Positions 27,764 to 40,994 of a DNA stretch of 64,000 nt are shown one piece after another. Origin of the DNA: an uncultured Chloroflexia bacterium (GTDB taxonomy: Bacteria > Chloroflexota > Anaerolineae > CG2-30-64-16); assembly GCA_963810095.1 (NCBI GenBank), contig CAWEMM010000006.1, positions 832,001 through 896,000 on the forward strand, in the 5' to 3' direction. The notes beneath the pieces were generated by a model. It was not told where the DNA came from. It saw only the letters and a program-made list of their open reading frames with translations, and ran no database searches. Positions within the stretch are counted from its first letter, which is position 1. Every line of letters begins with the position of its first letter. Made by a program: the position numbers and the translations under genes.

Positions 27764-30232
27764 CTAGCGCTGCACTAACTTCGCTACTGTAACGCCTTCG
27801 CCGCCCTCGCTGTTCTCGCCCGAGCGAAACTCGGACACGAGCGGATGGCCGCGCAGTTGCTCGCGCACGGCCTGGCGGAGTGCGCCCGTGCCCTTGCCGT
27901 GGATAATTCGCACGAAGGGCAAGCCGGCCAGGTACGCCTGGTCCAGATAGCGGTCAAGTTCGACGAGCATCTCGTCGACCGTCATGCCCCGCAGGTCCAG
28001 TTCCATCCCCGGGCTCGGCGGCCGCGGCTCCTTGCCAGCCGCGCGCACCTGCACGGCCGGCTGCTCCCCGCGCTGCTGCAGCTCGACGCGGTTCTGGCTG
28101 AGCCGCATGCGGAAGCCCCCGATTTTAACCTCGACGTCGGTGCCGCCCAGGCTCACCACCTCTCCGCTCGCCTGGAGCGACGGCACCCACACCTTGTCGC
28201 CCTGCTGCAGCGGCCCGTCGATCAGGATCGGCTTCGGCGCCTCCACCGGCGGCGGAGCCTTCATTTGATCCTCGCGCCGCGACAGCACATCGCGCGCCTC
28301 GGCCAGCCACTGCTCGTGCACGCTCCGACCGGTCTGCCCGCGCTCGCGGCTGATGCCGGCCAACTGCGTCCGCACTCGCTCAACTTCCTCGCGCACGGCG
28401 TTCAACTCGGCCTCGGCGAGCGCCCGCGTTTCGGTTAAGACCTCCCGCCGCGCCTCTTCCGACTTCGCCAGCCGGTAGTTGAGATCCGCGGCGAGCGCCT
28501 CGTTACGGCGCTGCCCGGCCTTGGCCTCCTGCTCCGCGGTCAGCGCGGCCTCGCGTGCCCGCTTGATCTCGGCCAGCATCGCTTCGGCCTCGAGCGACTG
28601 GGGCGAGACGAGCGCCTCCGCCTGCCCGACGATGGTCTGCGGCAGTCCGAGCCGGCGGGCAATGGCGAACGCGTTGGAACGCCCCGGCAGCCCGATGCTG
28701 AGGTGGTACGTCGGGCTCAGCGTCTCGATGTCGAACTCGACCGAGGCGTTGGCCACGTAGGCCGTGGTGTGCGCAAAAACCTTCAACTCGGAGTAATGCG
28801 TGGTCGCCAGCGTCGTGATGCTCCGGGCCAGGAGCGTCTTCAGGATGGCCTGGGCCAGCGCGGCACCTTCTTCCGGGTCCGTGCCCGCACCCAGCTCGTC
28901 CAGCAGCACCAGCGACCGCTCGTCGGCCTGCCCCAGGATGTCGACGATGTGCGTCATGTGCGACGAGAACGTGGAGAGGCTCTGCTCGATGCTTTGCTCG
29001 TCACCGATATCCGCAAAAATCGCCTCAAAAACGGAAAGCTTTGACCCTTCGTCGGCGGGAATGGACATACCTGACTGGGCCATCAGGGTCAGCAGCCCGG
29101 TCGTCTTAAGCGAAACCGTCTTACCGCCCGTGTTCGGCCCGGTGATCAGGATGATGAAGTACTCGTCCTCGATGTAGATGTCGACCGGGACGACCGTCAG
29201 TGGGTCGAGCAGCGGGTGCCGCGCCTTGATCAGCGCCAGCGTGGCGCCGGGATGGGTCACAACGGGGCCGGTAGTCTCGGCCTCTGCAGCCGCAGCTGCC
29301 GCCTTACGGCGAGAGACGCGCGAGGCGGCCTTCTCAGGCTGCTTGAACGGGATCAGTTCAGGCTCGGTCCCGCGCAAGACGCTGCCATAGCGCGCCTTGG
29401 CGAAGATGAGGTCCAGGTCTGCGAGCGCATCCACGGTGCGAACAATCTGCCCGCCCGCTGCGGCGACAAGCCCGGTAATGGCCGCCAGGATGCGGTGGAT
29501 CTCCTCCTGCTCCGCCAGCTGCGCCTCTCGCCACTGGTTGTTGAGTTCGACGATGGCGAGCGGCTCGATGAAGAGCGTGGCGCCCGAACCCGACTGGTCG
29601 TGGACCAGGCCCGGAATGCGGCCCTTGAACTCCGCACGAAGCGGGATCACATAGCGCCCCTGGCGCTGGGTGATGATGGCTTCCTGCAAGTAGGGCGCAT
29701 TTCCGGTGGAGCCAATGATACGCTGGAGGCGGTCCATCAAGCGGGCGTGGGCCTCCCGCAGCTCACGGCGAACCCGCATGAGCGTGTCGCTGGCCGAGTC
29801 CAGCACCTCCCCGCGCTCGTCAATACAGCGCCCGATCTCGTCAATCAGGTCGGCAGGCACCGCGATCCGCTGCGCGTGGTCGGCAATATTCGGGAACGTC
29901 TCACCCAGCCGGCCCAAGGTGCGTGCGAGCGTCCGCCCGCGCACCAGCGTGGACCGGATGGTTAGCAGGTCTACCGGGAGCAGCGTGCTGCCAATGGCCG
30001 CCTGCTCGACAAACGGCCGCAAGTCGTGGACGCCGCCCAGGTGAACGTCGCTCTTCTCGTCCAGCAGGCGGCGGGCTTCGCGCGTTTCTGCCTGCCACAC
30101 GACCGCCTGGCGGATATCGTCGGTTGGGGCGAGCGCCAGCGCCCGCTCACGTCCGAGCGAAAAAGAAGTGTGCTCCGCGAGCCGTTCGAGGATCTTGTCG
30201 AACTCGAGCACCCGCAATGTCCGTGAATCCAT
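27764..30232 (-). CDS. mutS2: Endonuclease MutS2
   Basis: VLEFDKI, ITGPNTGGKT, SLSTFSSH, DELGAGTDP, Smr domain IIHGKGTG. Confidence 0.96.
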   Translation of the reverse strand: MDSRTLRVLEFDKILERLAEHTSFSLGRERALALAPTDDIRQAVVWQAETREARRLLDEKSDVHLGGVHDLRPFVEQAAIGSTLLPVDLLTIRSTLVRGRTLARTLGRLGETFPNIADHAQRIAVPADLIDEIGRCIDERGEVLDSASDTLMRVRRELREAHARLMDRLQRIIGSTGNAPYLQEAIITQRQGRYVIPLRAEFKGRIPGLVHDQSGSGATLFIEPLAIVELNNQWREAQLAEQEEIHRILAAITGLVAAAGGQIVRTVDALADLDLIFAKARYGSVLRGTEPELIPFKQPEKAASRVSRRKAAAAAAEAETTGPVVTHPGATLALIKARHPLLDPLTVVPVDIYIEDEYFIILITGPNTGGKTVSLKTTGLLTLMAQSGMSIPADEGSKLSVFEAIFADIGDEQSIEQSLSTFSSHMTHIVDILGQADERSLVLLDELGAGTDPEEGAALAQAILKTLLARSITTLATTHYSELKVFAHTTAYVANASVEFDIETLSPTYHLSIGLPGRSNAFAIARRLGLPQTIVGQAEALVSPQSLEAEAMLAEIKRAREAALTAEQEAKAGQRRNEALAADLNYRLAKSEEARREVLTETRALAEAELNAVREEVERVRTQLAGISRERGQTGRSVHEQWLAEARDVLSRREDQMKAPPPVEAPKPILIDGPLQQGDKVWVPSLQASGEVVSLGGTDVEVKIGGFRMRLSQNRVELQQRGEQPAVQVRAAGKEPRPPSPGMELDLRGMTVDEMLVELDRYLDQAYLAGLPFVRIIHGKGTGALRQAVREQLRGHPLVSEFRSGENSEGGEGVTVAKLVQR

Positions 30233-30437
30233 GCCGGCGAGTATAGCACAGGCGGACGAGCGGGCCAATCTTTTATTCGGTTTGGGTTCATGGTAAACTG
30301 CGAGCCAATAGACCGAAGGTCACCACAAAGTCGGAAAGACGCACGGTGGCGCGAGTCGCCGTGGGCAGCCCTGCAGTGCAGCACGGGCTCCAGTGGGGTG
30401 ATGACCGATACCACATTCGGGCTGGCGAGGAAAGCGG

Positions 30438-32993
30438 ATGAAAGCGGTTGTAATGGCCGGCGGCGAAGGTTCCCGGCTGCGTCCCCTCACGCTAGTGCGC
30501 CCCAAGCCTATGCTGCCGGTGGTCAACCGCCCCGTTCTGGGTCACATCCTCTACTTGCTCAAGCAGCACAACATTACGGACGTCGTGATGACGGTCCAAT
30601 ATCTCGCGGCCCAAATCCAGGACTATTACGGCGACGGCCGCAATTTCGGCATGAATATCGAATATGCGGTCGAAGAATCGCCGCTGGGCACCGCCGGCAG
30701 CGTGCGAAATGCGACCGATCGCCTTTGCCCCGGCGAGCCGCTGCTGGTCATCAGCGGCGATGCGCTGACCGATTTCGACCTTACGACCCTGCTGGCCGAG
30801 CATAAACGCCGGGGCGCGCTCCTCACGATGGCACTCACCCGGGTGCCCAATCCCCTTGAATACGGCGTCATCAACATCCAGGAAGACGGCCGGGTCCTCC
30901 AGTTCCTGGAAAAGCCGAGTTGGGGCTCGGTGACTTCCGACACGGTCAATACCGGGATCTACGCGCTGGAGCCTGAGGTGCTGCAGCGCATCCCGCCTAA
31001 CACCCGGCTTGACTGGAGCCAGGACGTGTTCCCGGGCATGCTCAGCAGCGGCGCACCACTATTTGGACATGTGGCCGAAGGGTACTGGTGCGATATTGGC
31101 GCCATACCCGAATACCAGCGGGCGAATACCGACCTGCTCAACGGCCGCCTGAACCTCGGCGATTTGGGGCAGCGCATCGGCGCCGATATCTGGAGCGGCG
31201 GCAATGTCAGCGTGGAGTCGGACGCGCAATTATTCGGACCCGTCTATTTGGGCGAAGAGGTCAAGATCAAGCGCGGTGTCATCGTGCAGGGCCCCTCGGT
31301 GATCCGCGACTACACGATTCTCGATGACCGGGCCCGCGTGCATCACAGTATCATCTGGCGCAACTGCTACATCGGCGAAGGCGTCACGCTGCACGGAGCC
31401 GTCATCGGCCGTCAGTGCAGCCTGAAGGCGCGCGCGATGGTGTTCGAGGGCGCGGTGGTTGGCGACGGGACCGTCGTGGGCGCGGACGCCATCATTCAGG
31501 CCGGCGTGAAGGTGTGGCCCAACAAAGAGGTCGAGAACGGCGCCACGGTCAACCACAGCGTGATCTGGGGGCTGCAGGGGCGCCGGGTGCTGTTCGGACG
31601 CTACGGTGTGACCGGCGTGGTGAACGTCGACCTGACGCCCGATTTCGTGGCGCGGCTGGGCGCGGCGTTCGGTTCCATGCTGCCGCGCGGCAGCACCGTG
31701 ACCATCAACCGGGACCCCCATCGCAGCCCCCGCATGATCAAGCGCGCCCTCATCTCCGGCCTGCCTTCGGCGGGCAACAACGTGCTCGACCTGAAGAGCC
31801 TCCCGATTCCCGTTGCGCGCTATTACACCCGCGCGGTCAAGGCGGCAGGCGGCGTCCACGTGCGGCTGTCCCCATACGATCCGCGGGTCGTAGATATTCG
31901 CTTCATGGGCCCCGACGGATTGAACCTGACGCGCGAGCGCGAACGTGCGATCGAGCGCCTTTTCTTCCGCGAAGACTACCGGCGCGTCTACCTCGACGAC
32001 ATCGGCAATATCGACTATGCGGTCGATGCCATCGACGTCTATGCCAAAGGCTATCTCGAGGCACTGGACGTGGAGGCGATTCGCGATGGCGGGTTCAAAC
32101 TCGTGGTGGACTACGCACATGCCCCTTCGGCCGAAGTGCTGCCCGAACTGCTGAACCGGCTGCAGGTCGACGCAGTGCCGCTTAACGCACGAGTCGACGC
32201 GACCCGGCTGACGCTGGCCCAGGAGGAGTTGCGAGCCGGCCGCGCGCAGCTTGCCCGCATCGTCCGGGCGCTCGACAATGTGTCGCTCGGGATTCGCCTG
32301 GATGTGGGCGGCGAGAAGCTATACGTGGCAGACGACACGGGCACCACCGCTCCTGACCGGGTCATGTCGGCCGCCATGGCCGCCCTCGTCTTCCGCAGCC
32401 ATCCGGGGTGCACGGTCGCGGTCACTACCGACCAACCCGACGTGTATGAGCAGCTCGCCAACAGGTACGGCGGCCAGGTTCGCCGCACGCCGGTAGACCT
32501 GCAGGCGCTGATGTCGGCCGCAACCGAGCCCGACGTGGTCATGGCAACGGACGGCAGCGGCAACTACGCCTTCCCAGACCTCTATCCGGGCATCGACGGG
32601 CTGTTTGCCGTGGGTAAGCTGCTGGAGCTCCTCGCGCGCCAGCGCACGACGCTGTCACAGGTGATCGCAGACCTACCCCCCTTCCATGTGGCGACCGGGC
32701 ATGTAGACGGCGCCTGGGAGACGAAGGGGCGGGTCATGCGCTGCCTGATCGAGCAGTTCAGCAAGCTGCGGCATGAGACGGTCGACGGCATCAAGGTCCA
32801 TCTGGGTGACCATGAATGGGTGCTCATCCGCCCCGACAACGACACCCCACAGTTTCACCTCACCGCGGAGGCCAGGTCGCTGCCTTCCGCACAGGAACTC
32901 ATTGCGGACTACGGCGGGCTGGTCCGGCGATACATTCAGGAGCCTTGCTCAGACGACGAGCCCCCCGGCGGACCAGGCGAACGCTGGGGCTAG
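30438..32993 (+). CDS. Bifunctional mannose-1-phosphate guanylyltransferase / phosphomannomutase-like protein
   Basis: [21 protein letters not shown], hexapeptide (LbH) region, PGM/PMM domains lacking the TASHN phosphoserine motif. Confidence 0.9.
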   Translation: MKAVVMAGGEGSRLRPLTLVRPKPMLPVVNRPVLGHILYLLKQHNITDVVMTVQYLAAQIQDYYGDGRNFGMNIEYAVEESPLGTAGSVRNATDRLCPGEPLLVISGDALTDFDLTTLLAEHKRRGALLTMALTRVPNPLEYGVINIQEDGRVLQFLEKPSWGSVTSDTVNTGIYALEPEVLQRIPPNTRLDWSQDVFPGMLSSGAPLFGHVAEGYWCDIGAIPEYQRANTDLLNGRLNLGDLGQRIGADIWSGGNVSVESDAQLFGPVYLGEEVKIKRGVIVQGPSVIRDYTILDDRARVHHSIIWRNCYIGEGVTLHGAVIGRQCSLKARAMVFEGAVVGDGTVVGADAIIQAGVKVWPNKEVENGATVNHSVIWGLQGRRVLFGRYGVTGVVNVDLTPDFVARLGAAFGSMLPRGSTVTINRDPHRSPRMIKRALISGLPSAGNNVLDLKSLPIPVARYYTRAVKAAGGVHVRLSPYDPRVVDIRFMGPDGLNLTRERERAIERLFFREDYRRVYLDDIGNIDYAVDAIDVYAKGYLEALDVEAIRDGGFKLVVDYAHAPSAEVLPELLNRLQVDAVPLNARVDATRLTLAQEELRAGRAQLARIVRALDNVSLGIRLDVGGEKLYVADDTGTTAPDRVMSAAMAALVFRSHPGCTVAVTTDQPDVYEQLANRYGGQVRRTPVDLQALMSAATEPDVVMATDGSGNYAFPDLYPGIDGLFAVGKLLELLARQRTTLSQVIADLPPFHVATGHVDGAWETKGRVMRCLIEQFSKLRHETVDGIKVHLGDHEWVLIRPDNDTPQFHLTAEARSLPSAQELIADYGGLVRRYIQEPCSDDEPPGGPGERWG

Positions 32994-33019
32994 TGGCGTG
33001 CATTTGGGTTACGAGCCTT

Positions 33020-33104
33020 ACCACAGAGACACCAGGACACCAGGGATCGCGAAGGGTCCAGGGATCCCTTTGTGCCACTTTGAGCCTTTGTGTGTCGGTG
33101 GTGA
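33020..33104. repeat. Intergenic ACCACAGAG ... CTTTGTG..GTGGTGA palindromic repeat
   Basis: Same family as 5421, 5853 and 8821. Confidence 0.6.
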
Positions 33105-33132
33105 CGGCGAACTCATAATGAGGTAAACACCG

Positions 33133-34587
33133 ATGGCGATTACGTTTGGGACGGACGGCTGGCGGGCCGTCATCAGCGACGAGTTCACCTTTGCCAACGT
33201 TCGGTTGGTGGCGCAGGCGATTGCGGAAGTCCTGCTCGAGAATGCAGCTGCAAACGGCGCCGCGTTAAGCAACCAGCCACCGCGGGCCGTGGTCGGGTTT
33301 GACACCCGCTTCCTCTCAGACCGCTATGCGCGAGCCGTTGCCGAAGTCTTGGCGGCCAACGGTGTGTGTGTGAGCCTCGCCAAGGGAGACGCGCCGACGC
33401 CGGTCGTCTCATTCGCGATCCCGACCCTTGGCGCAGTGGGCGGCGTGATGATCACCGCCAGCCACAATCCGCCGCGCTACAACGGCATCAAGCTCAAGTC
33501 GGCATACGGCGGCAGTGCGACCGTAGCCGATACCAAGCGCGTTGAGGCGAAGCTCGCCGACGCGCTGGCCGCCGGCCGCGAGCCGCGGCGCTTGGACCTC
33601 GACCAGGCCATGACCGCGGGCATGATCGACCGCTTCGATCCGTTCCCGGGCTATGCCGCGCATCTGGAACGGCTGATCGACTTCGACACCATCCGCCGCG
33701 CACACTTGAAAGTGGCGGTCGACGCGATGTACGGCGCCGGCCGCACCTACTTGAAGAAGCTGCTCGAAGCGGCCGGCTGTGACGTCACCGAGATTCGCGG
33801 CGAGATGAACCCCGGTTTCAACGGCATCCATCCAGAGCCCATCGCCAAGCACCTGGCGCGGCTGATGGAGATGACGCCCGAAGAAGGCTTCGACCTGGGA
33901 CTCGCAACCGACGGCGACGCAGACCGGATCGGCGCGGTCGATCCGACCGGCCGCTTCGTCGACCCACACCGGATCATGACGCTCGCCCTCAAGTACTTGG
34001 TCGAGGTGCGCGGGCTGCGGGGCGACGTCGTAAAGACCGTTTCCACCACGCAAATGCTTAACCGACTGGCGGCGAAATACGGGCTGGGGCTGCACGAGAC
34101 GCCGGTGGGCTTCAACTACATCGGCGACCTGATGCTGGCGAACAACGTGCTGATTGGCGGCGAAGAGTCGGGCGGTATCAGCATCAAGGGTCACATCCCC
34201 GAGGGTGACGGGGTGCTCATGGGGCTGCTGATTGCCGAGTTAGTGGCATATTACGGCGAGTCGCCCGAGGCGCTGATGGCCGAGATCATGGCGGAGATCG
34301 GGCATTTCGACTACGCCCGCAATGATTTCAAGGTTAAGCCGTTCGACAAGAAAGCTTTGGTGGCGAAGCTGGTGGACATGGCCCCGCAAGAGATGGGCGG
34401 CGTCGCAGTTGCCAGCGTGAACACCCGCGATGGGGTCAAGTACCTGCTCGCCGACGATAGCTGGCTGCTGATCCGGCCGTCGGGCACTGAGCCGGTCCTG
34501 CGGGTCTACGCCGAGGCGCACACACCCGAGGCGGTGCAGGCGCTGCTTGCCGAGGGACGGACGCTGGCGGACGCAGCCGGAGTGTAG
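33133..34587 (+). CDS. Phosphoglucomutase/phosphomannomutase
   Basis: FGTDGWR, ITASHNP, DGDADR, GEESGG, RPSGTEP. Confidence 0.95.
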   Translation: MAITFGTDGWRAVISDEFTFANVRLVAQAIAEVLLENAAANGAALSNQPPRAVVGFDTRFLSDRYARAVAEVLAANGVCVSLAKGDAPTPVVSFAIPTLGAVGGVMITASHNPPRYNGIKLKSAYGGSATVADTKRVEAKLADALAAGREPRRLDLDQAMTAGMIDRFDPFPGYAAHLERLIDFDTIRRAHLKVAVDAMYGAGRTYLKKLLEAAGCDVTEIRGEMNPGFNGIHPEPIAKHLARLMEMTPEEGFDLGLATDGDADRIGAVDPTGRFVDPHRIMTLALKYLVEVRGLRGDVVKTVSTTQMLNRLAAKYGLGLHETPVGFNYIGDLMLANNVLIGGEESGGISIKGHIPEGDGVLMGLLIAELVAYYGESPEALMAEIMAEIGHFDYARNDFKVKPFDKKALVAKLVDMAPQEMGGVAVASVNTRDGVKYLLADDSWLLIRPSGTEPVLRVYAEAHTPEAVQALLAEGRTLADAAGV

Positions 34588-34607
34588 ACCTAACCGCTTG
34601 AAGATTT

Positions 34608-34640
34608 AGAAACCAGGTTTCTTCGAGAAACCTGGTTTCT
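34608..34640. repeat. Double palindrome between convergent genes (REP/terminator-like)
   Basis: agaaaccaggtttct-tcg-agaaacctggtttct. Confidence 0.6.
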
Positions 34641-34667
34641 TCATGTGCCGGACCGTTCGATCCCGGG

Positions 34668-35571
34668 CTAGGGCAGAATCTCGATTTCCATCCCGCCCAG
34701 CCGCTCAGCGTCCGCCACGAGCTCGATTGCAGCGACCTTCCCATTCCGCTGCGTGAACACGAACGCCACCCGCGGCACGCCCCCGGTGGCCCAGACCATG
34801 CCGGGAACACCGTCGATCAGGGCGAGTTGCGCGGCCTGGGCCCGGCCGGCGAACTGCTCGGCCACCACCGGTGCACCCCGCAGTTCCCCCGTCAGCCAGC
34901 CCGTGCCGCGCGCCCATCCGCACCGCCGCCTCGTCGGCTCGCAGCGCGACGTCCGGATCGAGCACCTCGAGCAGCGCCCGAAGGTCACCGCCACGCGAAG
35001 CCCTGAAGAACGCCTCGACGATCGCCTTCTGCCGCGCCAAGTCGGCTTGGGCTTCCTCTGCCCGCCGCCCATCGGGCGCTCGCCCACCGGGCGCCCCCTG
35101 CACCCGCCGCCGGCCGCGGCTGGCGAGCTGGCGGGCCGCGACGGGCGAGCGCCCGACGATGCCGGCAATCTCCTCGAAGGGCACGCCGAAGACGTCGTGC
35201 AGCACGAACGCGACGCGCTCGGCCGGGGCGAGGCGCTGAAGCACTGCCAGCATGGCCACCCCGATCGACTCCGCAAGCAGCGCTTCGTGTTCGGGGTCGG
35301 CCGCGTCCGGAATGGCGGCGTGGTCCTCGGCCAGCGGCTCCTCGCGCCGCGACCGCCGCGCGCGCAGCCGATCCAAGCATAACCTCGCCACTACCGTGGT
35401 GAGCCACCCGCTGAGGTTCTCGACCTCACTTGTGTCGGCCCGGCTCAACCGCAGCCAGGCCTCCTGCACCGCGTCGTCCGCCTCGCCGTCCGAGCCAAGC
35501 AGCCGGTATGCGACCCCATGTAATCGGGTTCGATCCGCCTCGAACTGCTCCACCAGCCACGCCTCATCCAT
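34668..35571 (-). CDS. ECF sigma factor, ECF41/SigJ-like with SnoaL-like C-terminal extension (frameshift near 34905)
   Basis: VAYRLLGS..EADDAVQEAWLR, ERVAFVLHDVF, RQLASRGRR, LDPDVALRAD. Confidence 0.9.
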
Positions 35572-35572
35572 C

Positions 35573-35599
35573 TGTCACATTCTCCTGCCCCGGTACGTC
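35573..35599 (+). promoter_or_regulatory. ECF41-type promoter driving the VOC gene
   Basis: TGTCACA-N16-CGTC, an exact match to the ECF41 consensus. Confidence 0.8.
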
Positions 35600-35655
35600 A
35601 TAGAGTTACAAGAGCTACAGAAAGCTCACAGACCCTATGATATAGGAGATGCAAC

Positions 35656-36051
35656 ATGAAGATCAAGCTGACAAGCATTTACGTGAACGACCAGGAGAAG
35701 GCTCTCCGCTTTTATACCGACGTGCTGGGTTTCGTGAAGAAGGCAGACTTCAGCAACGGCCCGTATCGCTGGCTGACGGTGGTCTCGGCCGAGGAGCCCG
35801 ACGGGACGCAGCTGCAGCTGGCGCTCGACGACAATCCGGCGGCGAAAGCCTACCAGCAGGCGATCTTCCAGCAGGGCCAGCCCGCGGCGATGTTTTATAC
35901 TAACGACGTCCAGGCCGATTATGAGCGAATCAAGGCGCGCGGGGCCACATTCACAATGCCGCCAACCCAGGTCACGGGCTCGACCATTGCGGTCGTGAAC
36001 GATGGATGCGGCAACCTGGTGCAGTTGGCGCAGCTGTCCTGGCAGGGTTAG
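35656..36051 (+). CDS. VOC/glyoxalase family protein
   Basis: VNDQEKALRFYTDVLGF, RWLTV, DGCGNLVQL. Confidence 0.92.
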   Translation: MKIKLTSIYVNDQEKALRFYTDVLGFVKKADFSNGPYRWLTVVSAEEPDGTQLQLALDDNPAAKAYQQAIFQQGQPAAMFYTNDVQADYERIKARGATFTMPPTQVTGSTIAVVNDGCGNLVQLAQLSWQG

Positions 36052-36129
36052 TCCCGCCGGAGTCGATGCGTCCCCGCATGCTGCCAGCAACTTACATGCG
36101 GGGACGCTCCACTTTAAAGGGAGGAACGT

Positions 36130-36562
36130 GTGGAAACGAACGCAAGCGAACGGATTGATGAACTGATTACCAACACCCCGGACTGGCGCGGCGCGACCAT
36201 CGCGCAGCTGCGGCGGATCATGCACGAGGCCGACCCGGAGATCGTCGAGGAATGGAAGTGGATGGGGTCGCCGGTGTTCTCGAATCGCGGGATCGTCTGC
36301 GTCGTCACCCTGCTCAAGAACAAGGTCAAAGTGACCTTCAACGACGGCGCCCGGCTGGCAGATCCGGACGGGGTGTTCAACGCGGGGCTGGATGGAAACA
36401 AGTGGCGGGCGATCGACATCGACGAAGGGTACGTGATCGACGAAGCGGCGCTTGGGCGCGCTCGTCCGCACGGCCGCCGGATATAACTCGGCCAAGGCAA
36501 AGCCCACGTCGAAAGCTCGCAGCGGGGGCAAGCCGCCCGCACAGCAGGCCAACTCGCTCTAA
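36130..36562 (+). CDS. DUF1801-domain protein (frameshift near 36455)
   Basis: DWRG..LRRI..ADPEIVEEWKW, DPDGVFNAGLDGNKWRAID; continues ALVRTAAGYN in shifted frame. Confidence 0.85.
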
Positions 36563-36646
36563 CACCCCTCTAACGGGCTGCATACACTCATCTAATGCCA
36601 GAACCTTAAGCTGTTGAATGTAACGCAACTGCGAGGAGTGGATACG

Positions 36647-38578
<1,932 letters not shown>

Positions 38579-38610
38579 GCTCTAGGGGCGCGACTGACAC
38601 GGGCAAGGCC

Positions 38611-38648
38611 GACAGGGGCGAGGCAAAAGCAATTGCCTCGCCCCTGTC
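38611..38648 (+). terminator. REP-like hairpin / terminator after dnaK
   Basis: gacaggggcgaggcaa-aagcaa-ttgcctcgcccctgtc followed by ttgtgtgt. Confidence 0.65.
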
Positions 38649-38745
38649 TTGTGTGTCCCGTCAGGCAATTGTCGGCCGCGTAACAGGTACGTTTAAGGTT
38701 CGCTTGCTATAATGCGTAATGTACAGGCAACCAACAGGAGCTACC

Positions 38746-39429
38746 ATGTTCTTTGATCCGATGTATTTTATCTTCCTGATGCCCGCGCTGCTGCTGGCTT
38801 TCTATGCACAGATGAAGGTGCGGGGCGCGTACGCCAAATGGACAAAGGTGCGCAACGCCCGCGGCATGACCGGTGTGGACGCCGCCCGCGCCATCCTCGG
38901 CCCCGAGGGGCTGTTCGACGTGCAGGTGGAAGGCACGCCGGGCCAACTAACCGACCATTACGACCCGCGCTCGAAGAAGCTGCGGCTGTCGGCCGGCGTG
39001 GCCCAGCAGCCCAGCGTGGCCGCACTTGCCATCGTCGCACACGAAATCGGCCATGCGCTGCAGGACCACACGGGTTATGCCCCGCTGAAACTGCGCGGCG
39101 CCATCGTGCCTGCCGTCACGGTCAGCTCCTGGGTTGCGCCGATCCTGTTCTTCATCGGCCTGTTCCTGGGCTTGACTCAGCTGGCGTGGGTGGGCGTGAT
39201 CCTGTTCGGCATGGGCGCCTTGTTCGCCCTGATCACGCTGCCCGTCGAACTTGACGCCAGCAAGCGCGCGCTGCGGCTGCTCCAGTCGTACCAACTGGCC
39301 GACGGGCCGGAGTTGCGCGGCGCCAAGTCGGTGCTCGACGCGGCAGCTTTGACTTACATTGCTGCCCTGGCGCAGACGCTGCTGACCCTGCTCTACTACG
39401 TGTCGATCCTGGGCCGGCGCCGCGACTAA
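38746..39429 (+). CDS. Neutral zinc metallopeptidase (YugP-like)
   Basis: LTDHYDP, AHEIGHALQD (HExxH), TLPVELDAS, AAALTY. Confidence 0.92.
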   Translation: MFFDPMYFIFLMPALLLAFYAQMKVRGAYAKWTKVRNARGMTGVDAARAILGPEGLFDVQVEGTPGQLTDHYDPRSKKLRLSAGVAQQPSVAALAIVAHEIGHALQDHTGYAPLKLRGAIVPAVTVSSWVAPILFFIGLFLGLTQLAWVGVILFGMGALFALITLPVELDASKRALRLLQSYQLADGPELRGAKSVLDAAALTYIAALAQTLLTLLYYVSILGRRRD

Positions 39430-39533
39430 CGAAGCTTTAGGACCTCCAGGGATGTTGGGACCTCCGAGGTTGCGTCACTTCGGTGACGGCCGCAACCTTG
39501 GAGGTCTGGCCCTATACAACGAGGAGTTTCTTG

Positions 39534-40901
39534 ATGAATCGATCCCGAACGCTCGCGCTCCTTATTGCCCTGGTCATCCTGAGCCTTTCATTGATGGGTT
39601 GCGGGCTGGTCTCGGCGTCCGTCCGCCTGCTTTCCGAGCCGACCCCCACGCGCCTGCCCAGACCGCAGGCGTTGCCATTGGCCACGCGCACCCCCCACGT
39701 TCAGGCCCAACCGCCCGCGACCATGCAGGCCGTGCCCCCAGGACAAGCCACCCTGCAAAAGCCAGCGCAGCCGACCGCCGGGGCCATCCCGGGCCAGGGC
39801 CAGGGCGAGGCCCAACCGGGCCAGAACGGGCAGTCCGTCCAGGTGCCCCAGGTGGCAGACGCCGACTCGCGGGTGTTTACGGCCGTCTACAAGAAGGTGA
39901 GCCCGTCGGTCGTGCGCATCGACAACCTGACGCGCATCTCGACCAACAGCCAACAAACGGACCCGACGGGCGACGCACTCCCTGAAAGCCAGGGCTCAGG
40001 CTGGGTGTGGGACGCTAACGGCTACATCGTCACCAACAACCACGTGGTTGAGGGTGCGGACGCACTGAACGTGACCTTTGCGGACGGCATCGAGCTTCCG
40101 GCGGATCTGGTGGGGACGGACCCCGACAGCGACATTGCGGTCGTCAAGGTTGACCCGACGCACGTTCAGTTGGTGCCGACCGAGCGCGGCAAGCTGGAAG
40201 ACGTGGTGGTGGGCCAGCGGGCGATCGCGATCGGCAACCCGTTCGGCTATGACAACAGCATCACGACCGGCATTGTCAGTGCGCTGAACCGCAGCATCGA
40301 GTCTCAGTCGGGATACAGCATCCCGCTTGCCGTCCAGACGGACGCGGCGATCAACCCGGGCAACTCGGGCGGCCCCTTGCTTAACGATCGCGGCCAGGTC
40401 ATCGGGGTGAACTTCCTCATCAGCTCGCCGGTGCGCAGCAACTCGGGGGTCGGCTTTGCCATCCCGATTAACATCGTCGAGCGGGTCGTCCCCGCGTTGA
40501 TCGAGCGCGGCGAGTACAAGCACGCCTGGTTGGGCGTGAGCGGCCGCACCTACAGCCCCGCATGGGCCGATGCCCTGGGCTTCCCGACGGATGCACGAGG
40601 CGCTTACGTCATGTCGGTCCGGCCGGATGGCCCGTCACGCGCTGCGGGACTGGTCGCGGGCTCGCAAGACACGAAGATCCCGTTGGCGGCTGGCATGGGC
40701 AGCGTCTTGTACCTGCAGAAGGGCGGGGATTTGATTGTGGGGATCGACGACCAGCCCGTGACGACGTTCGACGACATCCTGGTCTACCTGGAGAGCTACA
40801 AAGCGCCGGGAGACCAGGTGCAGCTCCGTATCCTGCGCCCCGGCCAGGGTGATGGGATTCTGACTGTAACGCTCGGCGAACGCCCTCGCTTGACACAGTA
40901 G
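39534..40901 (+). CDS. HtrA/DegP-like serine protease with PDZ domain, lipoprotein
   Basis: LMGC lipobox, TNNHVV, DIAV, QTDAAINPGNSGGPL, PDZ. Confidence 0.93.
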   Translation: MNRSRTLALLIALVILSLSLMGCGLVSASVRLLSEPTPTRLPRPQALPLATRTPHVQAQPPATMQAVPPGQATLQKPAQPTAGAIPGQGQGEAQPGQNGQSVQVPQVADADSRVFTAVYKKVSPSVVRIDNLTRISTNSQQTDPTGDALPESQGSGWVWDANGYIVTNNHVVEGADALNVTFADGIELPADLVGTDPDSDIAVVKVDPTHVQLVPTERGKLEDVVVGQRAIAIGNPFGYDNSITTGIVSALNRSIESQSGYSIPLAVQTDAAINPGNSGGPLLNDRGQVIGVNFLISSPVRSNSGVGFAIPINIVERVVPALIERGEYKHAWLGVSGRTYSPAWADALGFPTDARGAYVMSVRPDGPSRAAGLVAGSQDTKIPLAAGMGSVLYLQKGGDLIVGIDDQPVTTFDDILVYLESYKAPGDQVQLRILRPGQGDGILTVTLGERPRLTQ

Positions 40902-40913
40902 CACCGGGCAAGG

Positions 40914-40968
40914 AAAAAAAACGGATCAACGGACGACGGCCTTTGCGCAGCCATCCGTTGATCCGTTT
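40914..40968 (-). terminator. Intrinsic terminator between htrA and the S8 gene (probably bidirectional)
   Basis: aaaaaaaacggatcaacgga ... tccgttgatccgttt; U-tract on the minus strand. Confidence 0.75.
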
Positions 40969-40994
40969 CGCGCCACAGGGCAGCCGGCGGAGCG

